Source of the DNA: Horticoccus luteus
GTDB taxonomy: Bacteria; Verrucomicrobiota; Verrucomicrobiia; Opitutales; Opitutaceae
Assembly: GCF_019464535.1 (NCBI RefSeq)
Contig: NZ_CP080507.1
Location: forward strand, 2,460,001 to 2,492,000
Direction of reading: 5' to 3'
Length of the DNA stretch: 32,000 bases
The position numbers and the translations under genes were made by a program. Below, piece by piece: positions 24,839 through 32,000 of this stretch (position 1 is its first letter; every line of letters begins with the position of its first letter). The notes beneath the pieces were generated by a model that saw only the letters and a list, made by a program, of their open reading frames with translations, made no database searches and was not told where the DNA came from.

Positions 24839-27352
24839 TCAGTCCGCCGGACGCAGCACGCGCGCCACGGCGCCGAGCAACGCGCTCGCGCCGTAAGGTT
24901 TGTCCAGGATTTCGTTCACGCCGGCTGTCCGCAGGGCCGCGCGTTTTTCTTCCGCGATGTAACCGCTCACCGCGATGATGGGCAGGTCACGCCGCAACGC
25001 GCGCGCTGCGCGCACCACCTCGCAGCCATCCACTCCCGGCATCATGAGATCGGTGAGGAGCACCCGCACATGGCCGATACTGGCGCGGAGCAAGGCGATC
25101 GCCTCGGCTCCGGATTCCGCGGTCACGACCTGATAGCCCGCGCGTTCGAGCAGCAGGCGCATACTCTCTCGCACCGGCTCCTCGTCATCGACCACGAGAA
25201 TCAATTCGCCGCCGCCACCGAACCACGGATTCACGGAGTCCGACGTGATGCTCGGCGCATCGGGCGCCGCCACCGCCGGCAGATACACGTGAAACGCACT
25301 GCCCTGCCCGAGCTCGCTCGTCACCGTGATCCAGCCGCCCAGACTCTGCACAATTCCGAGCGCGGTGGAAAGTCCCAGCCCCGAGCCGTGTCCCACCGCC
25401 TTCGTCGTGAAGAACGGTTCAAAAATGCGCTCAAGCGTCGGGCGATCCATGCCGTGGCCCGTATCCTCCACCGTCACGTCGACAAATTCTCCCGGCCGAC
25501 CGGCGGGATGCTGCCGCGCCTCCCCGTCGTCGACCAACACCGCGCGCGCGCTCAGCCTCAACGCGCCGCCGGCCGGCATGGCATCGCGCGCGTTGACGCA
25601 CAGGTTGAGCAACACTTGGTGCAACTGCGTGGTGTCCGCCAGCACGAGCGGCAGGCCCTGCGCGAGATTCATCGATAGCTCAACGCTGCGCGGAAACGTC
25701 TCCCGCACGATCGAAGCGACTTCGTCGATCACGTGGCGAATCTCCACCGGCACCCGCACGCCTTCCGTCCCGCGACTGTAGATGAGCAATTGCTTGATGA
25801 TTTCCGCCCCGCGTTTCGTCGCCCGCTCGATCAACGTCACCAATTCGAGTTCGCGCGGATTGTTCAGGCTCACCTTCAACAAGCCGGCGGACAGCAGCAC
25901 CGGCGCGAGGATGTTGTTCAAATCGTGCGCCAGCCCATTGGCCAGCGAACCGACCGCCTCCATGCGCTGGCTCTGGAGAAACCGCTGCTCCAGCTGCCGC
26001 CGGTCCGTGATATCCTCCGCCAATCCAACCAGCCGCACGAGACGCCCCGCCGCATCCTTCACCGGATACGCCAGATCGCGCACCCAGCGCACGGTGCCAT
26101 CGGGCCGGATGATGCGGTAAGTTTCATCGTAGTCGCCCTCGCTCTGCCGCGCCGTGGCGGCCATCACCCGCTCGACGTCGTCCGGGTGGAGGCTGTTTTG
26201 CCACGACAGATTCGATTCGTAGAGCGAGGCGCAGCTGCGACCCCACACTTTTTCATAGCCGGGGCTCACATACACAATCCGCTGCTCAATGACGTCGCGC
26301 ATCCAGAAAACCTCCTGGATGTTCTCCACCACCTGCCGAAATCGCGCCTCGCTTTCCTGCAGCGCCGCCGTCCGTCGCTCAACGCGCCGACGGAGCGCCA
26401 GGCTCCACGCCGCGAGGACCGCGATCAACAGCAACGCTGCCGCCGCCCCGTAACCCAGGTAAAGCCACGCTCGCCGGCTCGCGGTTCCTTCGACCGGCGT
26501 GCCGAACCATTTCTCATCGATCGCGTGCAGCGTTGCCCGATCGACCATCGCAAACCCCCGCTCCACGGCCGTCAGCACCCGCCGGTTGCCTCTCCGCACG
26601 GCGCGGTGCAAGCGCCCCACATTCACCGGGCCCGATCGCCGGAATTGATCCGCAATCCCCGCCTTGTTCAGAAAATACAGCGCGGGCGGCGCATCGATGA
26701 CGAACACGTTGACCTTGTGCTCCCGCGCCGCAGCCACCACCGACTCGTAGTTGCGGAAGGTCTGGATCGTCGTCACGCCGTGCGCGCGCAGGAGATCGAC
26801 CGCCGCATCGCCCTCCTTCGCCGCCACCGCGAATCCTTGCAACGAATCCAGATCGGTGATCCCCGAGATTTTTTTGCGGAAAAAGATCGGCACCACGATC
26901 TTCGCGTAAGGTGCCGTGAAGTCCCAATACGTTTTCCGCTCGTCCGTCACGAACACCGAGTCAATCACGTCAAACTCCCCCGCGCGCATCCGCCGAATTG
27001 CCTGCGCCCAATCCATCGCGTGCAACTCCGCCTTGATGCCCGTGACGTGTTCCCACGCCGCCCATTGATCCACCAAAATCCCCTGCAAACGGCCGTCCGC
27101 ATCCTTGAAAATGTAGGGCGGATAATTGTCGTCCATGACCACGCGCACCACGCTCAATGCCGGCTCCGGCGCCTCCGCGCCGCGCAGCCCGGCGAGGCAG
27201 AAAACCCACAACAGCAGCCACCAGCGCCCACGCGAGGCGCGGCCGCTTCTGCGCCCTCTCGCCTGCTCGCCCGCGGGGCCAGCCTCCACGAAAATCGAAA
27301 GCCCTTTCACCGGCGGAAACTTGCCACGACCCGCCTCGCCCGTCGATGGCAA
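24839..27352 (-). CDS. hybrid sensor histidine kinase (periplasmic SBP_bac_3-like domain, PAS, HisKA, HATPase_c, REC)
   Basis: 837-aa ORF. The track start is a TTG; GTG alternatives lie at 27310 and 27289, so the start is uncertain. SBP-like VVMDDNYPPYIFKD...; PAS ESEARFRQVVENIQEVFWMRD; H-box LANGLAHDLNNIL; DTGHGM...GSGLGLS; REC ILVVDDEEPVRE...LLTDLMMPGVDG. Confidence 0.85.
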   Translation of the reverse strand: MPSTGEAGRGKFPPVKGLSIFVEAGPAGEQARGRRSGRASRGRWWLLLWVFCLAGLRGAEAPEPALSVVRVVMDDNYPPYIFKDADGRLQGILVDQWAAWEHVTGIKAELHAMDWAQAIRRMRAGEFDVIDSVFVTDERKTYWDFTAPYAKIVVPIFFRKKISGITDLDSLQGFAVAAKEGDAAVDLLRAHGVTTIQTFRNYESVVAAAREHKVNVFVIDAPPALYFLNKAGIADQFRRSGPVNVGRLHRAVRRGNRRVLTAVERGFAMVDRATLHAIDEKWFGTPVEGTASRRAWLYLGYGAAAALLLIAVLAAWSLALRRRVERRTAALQESEARFRQVVENIQEVFWMRDVIEQRIVYVSPGYEKVWGRSCASLYESNLSWQNSLHPDDVERVMAATARQSEGDYDETYRIIRPDGTVRWVRDLAYPVKDAAGRLVRLVGLAEDITDRRQLEQRFLQSQRMEAVGSLANGLAHDLNNILAPVLLSAGLLKVSLNNPRELELVTLIERATKRGAEIIKQLLIYSRGTEGVRVPVEIRHVIDEVASIVRETFPRSVELSMNLAQGLPLVLADTTQLHQVLLNLCVNARDAMPAGGALRLSARAVLVDDGEARQHPAGRPGEFVDVTVEDTGHGMDRPTLERIFEPFFTTKAVGHGSGLGLSTALGIVQSLGGWITVTSELGQGSAFHVYLPAVAAPDAPSITSDSVNPWFGGGGELILVVDDEEPVRESMRLLLERAGYQVVTAESGAEAIALLRASIGHVRVLLTDLMMPGVDGCEVVRAARALRRDLPIIAVSGYIAEEKRAALRTAGVNEILDKPYGASALLGAVARVLRPAD

Positions 27353-27453
27353 TCCCCGGCCTGCGCGTGGCCGGGGTTCATCGTCCCCGCCGCCAATTCC
27401 CCTCTTGCTAACGCCCCGGCCGCCCTGTGTCTTCGTGATTTTCTGCCATCGCC

Positions 27454-30180
27454 ATGACCTCCGCCGAGATTCGCCAGAGCTTCCTCGATTTCTTCGCCCG
27501 GCACGGCCACACGATCGTCCCTTCGGCGTCGTTGCTGCCCGATTCCCCCGGATTGCTCTTCACCAACGCCGGCATGAACCAGTTCGTGCCCATTTTTCTC
27601 GGTGATCGCGCGCCCGACGTCGCGTCCTGGGCCGGCGCCTTGCCCGCCAAAAACACCCGCGCGGCCGACACCCAAAAGTGCATTCGCGCCGGCGGCAAAC
27701 ACAACGACCTCGAGGACGTCGGTTACGATACCTATCACCACACGATGTTCGAGATGCTGGGCAACTGGTCCTTCGGCGATTACTTCAAGCAGGATTCCCT
27801 CACGTGGGGCTGGGAACTCATCACCAAGGTCTGGGGCATTCCCGCCAAACGCCTGTTCGCCACCGTTTACGCGCCCGACAAAACCAAGGGCGACCCCTCC
27901 GATTTCGATCAGGAAGCCTACGACATCTGGGCCGGCCTTTTCCGCGCCGAAGGCCTCGATCCCGCCGTCCATATCGTCAACGGCAACAAGAAGGATAATT
28001 TCTGGATGATGGGCGACACCGGCCCCTGCGGCCCGTGCTCGGAAATCCACTTCAACCTCCTCCCGTCCGACGACGAGAGTGCCGGCCGCCAACTCGTCAA
28101 CGCCTCCAGCCCGCGCTGCATCGAGATCTGGAATCACGTTTTCATCCAGTTCAACGCCAACGCCGACGGCACCTTTTCTCCGCTCGCCGCGAAACACGTC
28201 GACACCGGCATGGGCTTCGAACGCGTCGCCGGCATTTACGCCACGACCAACGGCTTCACCGATTTCACGAAAGATCCGTCCAACTACGCCGCCGACGTCT
28301 TCGCCCCCTCCTTCCGCAAGATCGCCGAACTCTCCGGCCACACCTATCACGCCACCGTCCCGACGAAACGCGAAGGCCTGACCGAGCAGGAAAACATCGA
28401 CGTCGCCTTTCGCGTCCTCGCCGATCACGCGCGCTGTGTGAGCTGTGCGATCGCCGACAGCATTCTCCCCGGCAACGAAGGCCGCAACTACGTCATCCGC
28501 CGCATTCTCCGTCGCGGCATTCTTTACGGCAAGAAACTCGGCCTCGCGCCCGGCTTTTTCGAGCAGCTCGTCGCTCCCGTCGTCGAAAGCCTCGGCGCCG
28601 TCTTCCCTGAACTCGTCTCCCAGCAGGAAGTCATCCGCCGCGTCATCCGCGGGGAAGAGGAATCCTTCGGCCGCACGCTGGATCGGGGGCTCTCTATTTT
28701 CAATTCGCAGACCGCTCATCTCACGGCAGTCGCCGTGCCGGGCGCCCTCGCCTTCGAACTCTACGACACCTACGGCTTCCCCCTCGACATGACGCAGCTC
28801 CTCGCGACCGAGCGCGGACTCACCGTCGATACCGGGGAATTCGAACGCCTCATGGGCCAGCAACGTGAACGCGCCCGCGCCGCCCACAAGAAAGACATCC
28901 TCGTGGCCGCCACCGAGGGCGATGCCTCTGAAATTTTCGAAGCCTCCCTCTTCACCGGTTACGTCGTCGACACCGAGAAACCCGTCGCCGCCATTCTCCT
29001 CGATATCGTGCACGGTGGCGACGCCGCTTACCTCGTGTTCGATCGCACCCCTTTCTACGCCGAGATGGGCGGACAAGCCGGCGATACCGGCACCGCCGTC
29101 GTCGGCGGGCAGACGTTCAACATCGTCGACACGATCAAAGACAAAGCCGGCCGTCATCTGCACAAGCTCGCGACCGACGACATCCGTTACTCCGCCTCGG
29201 CGCTGCGCAATTCCCCCGCGCAACTCACGATCGATTTCGCCCGCCGCCGCGCCATCTCACGGCACCATTCCGCCGCGCACCTCATTCACTGGGCGCTGCG
29301 CCAGACCCTCGGCACCCACGTTCGCCAGGCCGGCACCTCGAAGACGCCCGACCGCATGCGTTTCGACTTCTCCCACTTCGAGGCGATGACGCCCGAGCAG
29401 CTCCACACCGTCGAACACCTCGTCAACGAAAAGGTCATCGATAACGCCCGCGTCGAGACCTACGAAACCGAGTTCGACAAGAAACCCGAGGGCACCCTCG
29501 CCTTCTTCGGCGACAAATACGGCAAGATCGTCCGCGTCGTCGACATCGGCGGCTACAGCCGCGAACTCTGCGGCGGCACGCACGTCACGACGACCGGGGA
29601 AATCGGCCCGATTAAACTCGTCGCGGAAATGGCGATCGCCGCCGGCACCCGCCGGATCGAAGCCGTGGCCGGCGAGCCCGCGCTCGCGTTCATCGCGCAA
29701 CGCGACGCCGCCCTCGCCGCCGTCAACGCCCGCCTCAACGCCGGCACGCACGATGTCGCCCAAAAACTCGACTCGCTCCTCGCGCATCAGAAAGAGCTCG
29801 AGAAAAAGCTGCGCGCGTTCGAACAACGCGCCGCCGCCGCCCTCGCCGGCGAACTCGCCGCGCAGGCGGTCGAACGCGACGGCCTGAAATTCGTCCGCGC
29901 GGTCGTCAGCGTCGAGGCTCCGGAAACGCTGCGTTCGCTCGGCGCCCAGATTCTCGGCCACCTCGGCGAAGGCGTCGTCGTGCTCGGTGCCGCCTTCGGC
30001 GAAAAGACGAGCCTCGTTGTCCTCTGCTCGCCCGCCGCGATCAAAGCCGGCCATCAAGCCGGCAAACTCGTCGCGCACCTCAGCCAGCAACTCGGCGGCA
30101 AAGGCGGCGGCAAGCCCGACTTCGCGATGGGCGGCGGCAAGGAGCCTGGCAAACTCGCCGAGCTCCTCCGCACCGAGTAA
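27454..30180 (+). CDS. alaS: alanine--tRNA ligase
   Basis: 908 aa. MTSAEIRQSFLDFFARHGHTIVPSASLLP, FTNAGMNQF, HHTMFEMLGNWSFGDYFK. Editing-domain HSAAHL and CGGTHV motifs. Confidence 0.95.
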   Translation: MTSAEIRQSFLDFFARHGHTIVPSASLLPDSPGLLFTNAGMNQFVPIFLGDRAPDVASWAGALPAKNTRAADTQKCIRAGGKHNDLEDVGYDTYHHTMFEMLGNWSFGDYFKQDSLTWGWELITKVWGIPAKRLFATVYAPDKTKGDPSDFDQEAYDIWAGLFRAEGLDPAVHIVNGNKKDNFWMMGDTGPCGPCSEIHFNLLPSDDESAGRQLVNASSPRCIEIWNHVFIQFNANADGTFSPLAAKHVDTGMGFERVAGIYATTNGFTDFTKDPSNYAADVFAPSFRKIAELSGHTYHATVPTKREGLTEQENIDVAFRVLADHARCVSCAIADSILPGNEGRNYVIRRILRRGILYGKKLGLAPGFFEQLVAPVVESLGAVFPELVSQQEVIRRVIRGEEESFGRTLDRGLSIFNSQTAHLTAVAVPGALAFELYDTYGFPLDMTQLLATERGLTVDTGEFERLMGQQRERARAAHKKDILVAATEGDASEIFEASLFTGYVVDTEKPVAAILLDIVHGGDAAYLVFDRTPFYAEMGGQAGDTGTAVVGGQTFNIVDTIKDKAGRHLHKLATDDIRYSASALRNSPAQLTIDFARRRAISRHHSAAHLIHWALRQTLGTHVRQAGTSKTPDRMRFDFSHFEAMTPEQLHTVEHLVNEKVIDNARVETYETEFDKKPEGTLAFFGDKYGKIVRVVDIGGYSRELCGGTHVTTTGEIGPIKLVAEMAIAAGTRRIEAVAGEPALAFIAQRDAALAAVNARLNAGTHDVAQKLDSLLAHQKELEKKLRAFEQRAAAALAGELAAQAVERDGLKFVRAVVSVEAPETLRSLGAQILGHLGEGVVVLGAAFGEKTSLVVLCSPAAIKAGHQAGKLVAHLSQQLGGKGGGKPDFAMGGGKEPGKLAELLRTE

Positions 30181-30192
30181 CCGCCGGCCCCC

Positions 30193-30915
30193 ATGTCTGA
30201 GATCGCCCCATCCAAGTTGGCGGCGACGGCGCGCGCCCGCCTCGACGGCTTGGTGCGCAAGGGCCTGTTTCGCTCGTCCGGGCTGCAGCTTCTGCTGTCG
30301 CTCGTCGTGCTCTTCGTGGCGTATCCGGTGCTCGAAGGCATGCCGCACGGCGAATCGATCACCAGCGCTCTCTTCACCTACGTGATGCTCACCGCGTTGC
30401 TCGCCGTGGGCGGCCGGCCCCGCGTGCTCGTGATTGGCGCCATCCTGCTCGCGCCCGCCATTGCCTTCCGCTGGCTCCCGCATTTCACCGCGCTCGCGCC
30501 GGATCATCCGCTGTCCGCGGGAAGTCTGGCGATCTTCGTCGGCTTCACGATCTGGCAACTCTTGCGCTTCGCGTTGCGCGCCCGGCGCGTCGACGCCGAA
30601 GTGCTGTCCGCCGGGATTTCGGTCTACCTGCTCGTCGGTCTGCTGTGGGCGTTTCTCTATCTGATGGTCGCCGGCATGGTGCCCAACGCGTTTGCGTTCA
30701 CCCCTGCCCCGGCCAGCGGCACGCCGCTCGATTTCGCGGATTCGATCTATTTCAGTTTTTGCACGCTGACCACGGCGGGCTACGGCGACATCACGCCGGT
30801 CAATCGCGTCGTGCGTATGCTCGCCACTCTCGAATCCATTGCTGGCGTGCTCTATCTCGCCGTGCTCGTCGCACGCCTCGTCTCACTCTATTCGCAACCC
30901 GCCGAAAAGCCTTGA
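30193..30915 (+). CDS. potassium channel family protein (two-TM pore domain type)
   Basis: 240 aa. Selectivity filter TLTTAGYGDITP flanked by TM helices. Confidence 0.8.
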   Translation: MSEIAPSKLAATARARLDGLVRKGLFRSSGLQLLLSLVVLFVAYPVLEGMPHGESITSALFTYVMLTALLAVGGRPRVLVIGAILLAPAIAFRWLPHFTALAPDHPLSAGSLAIFVGFTIWQLLRFALRARRVDAEVLSAGISVYLLVGLLWAFLYLMVAGMVPNAFAFTPAPASGTPLDFADSIYFSFCTLTTAGYGDITPVNRVVRMLATLESIAGVLYLAVLVARLVSLYSQPAEKP

Positions 30916-31032
30916 GGCTTCCGCCCGCCGGCGTCTCCGCCCGCGCACACCAAAAGTTCGCCGCGGCCCCGCACGCGCAACCACGCGCGCTTCGCTCTCG
31001 CGGCGCGACCTCAGCCAGGGCCCTCCGCGGCT

Positions 31033-32000
31033 TCAGGATCCCGCCGTCGTCGCGTCCGCGTCGTCTTTCCGGCCGTATTTTTCAATGACGCGCGCCAATT
31101 CCGACAGCCGCAACGGTTTCGCCAGATACTCGGTCATGCCCGCTTGCAGGCAGCGTTCCCGATCGCCCGCCGTGGCATTCGCGGTGGTGGCCACGATCGG
31201 CGTGCGCGCGTTGCCCTCGCCTGACCGCCGGATTTCCGACGCCGCGGTCCAGCCATCCATCTCCGGCATGAGGCAATCGAGCAGAATGACGTCGTAGTGA
31301 TTGAGCCGCGCCTTGACGACGGCCTCCGCTCCGTTCTCCGCGATCTCCACCGCGCACCCGAGTCGGCGCAACATCCCTGACGCCACCATGCGGTTGACGG
31401 CGTTGTCCTCCGCCAGCAACACGCGGTGGCGCGGTTTATCGTCTTCGCCGCGCGCCGTCGTCGCAGGCTCCAAGCGCATGCCGCCATTGGCAACGCGCAA
31501 CGCCTCCAGCAACTGCTCCGGTTGCAGCACCGGCTTGAAAACCGTCGCCGCCACCTTCCCCTCCGCCACTTTTGCTCCCGGCCTCGCGAGCACCACCCAC
31601 GGCGACTCCGCCCAACCTGGGGCGTTCGCCGACCGCGCCATCTCCGCCGTCGCCTCCGCCCAGTCGCTCTCGTCGACGAGAATCACCTGCGGCCGAGTTG
31701 CCGGCGACCCGTCGCTCGCCGTCAGCGCTACCGCCGCCGATTCGGCCACCGCGACTTCGATACCCAGCCCCCGCGCCATCGCTGCCACCGCCTGCCGCCG
31801 CGACTCCAGCCGGTCGATAATCAACAATCGGCGCGGCCAGGGAAGCGGCGCCATCGCCACCGGCAGATCTTCCACGATGAACGGCAGCACAAACCAAAAG
31901 GTCGACCCGCGCCCGACCTCGCTCTCGACCCCGATCTCGCCGCCCATCAACTCCACCAGCCGCTTGCAGATGGCGAGCCCGAGCCCCGTGCCGCCAAAAC
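31033..32000 (-). CDS. hybrid sensor histidine kinase / response regulator, C-terminal part (runs off window)
   Basis: The track ORF starts at an internal Met (31956). The frame stays open upstream to the window end: hand translation gives ...[36 protein letters not shown], the HATPase_c G2 box. It is followed by a degenerate receiver-like segment and a canonical REC ([14 protein letters not shown]...[12 protein letters not shown]...AKPL). Confidence 0.85.
   Translation of the reverse strand, partial: FGGTGLGLAICKRLVELMGGEIGVESEVGRGSTFWFVLPFIVEDLPVAMAPLPWPRRLLIIDRLESRRQAVAAMARGLGIEVAVAESAAVALTASDGSPATRPQVILVDESDWAEATAEMARSANAPGWAESPWVVLARPGAKVAEGKVAATVFKPVLQPEQLLEALRVANGGMRLEPATTARGEDDKPRHRVLLAEDNAVNRMVASGMLRRLGCAVEIAENGAEAVVKARLNHYDVILLDCLMPEMDGWTAASEIRRSGEGNARTPIVATTANATAGDRERCLQAGMTEYLAKPLRLSELARVIEKYGRKDDADATTAGS

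Overview
Visibly high-GC bacterial chromosomal segment. The left flank (1-8741) is housekeeping: menD (partial, missing from the ORF track), menF, metG, a NarL-type two-component pair, rdgB, ribD and an MBL-fold hydrolase. Positions 8867-9550 hold REP-like hairpins and a 3 x ~181-bp tandem repeat. At 9588-10952 (-) lies an integron integrase carrying the IntI-specific insertion. Its attI crossover is at 11144, and a plus-strand gene-cassette array runs from there to ~23.5 kb. For every ORF cassette, the first hexamer is the reverse complement of its own R'' box. The array is heavily colonised. Three near-identical 2.5-2.6 kb units (tyrosine recombinase + IS91-family HUH-Y2 transposase, antisense to the cassettes) occupy the same position at three different attC sites. 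Two and a half degenerate IS110-family footprints occupy the distal end. All five insertions are preceded by the same 55-bp attC-like palindrome plus a ~50-bp conserved tail, and the one insert-free attC lacks this module. The right flank (23703-32000) carries leuB, a hybrid sensor kinase, alaS, a K+ channel and a partial hybrid kinase. Many long ORFs in the supplied track are antisense or high-GC artefacts. Several track ORFs begin at non-ATG codons or too far upstream, and I trimmed them.
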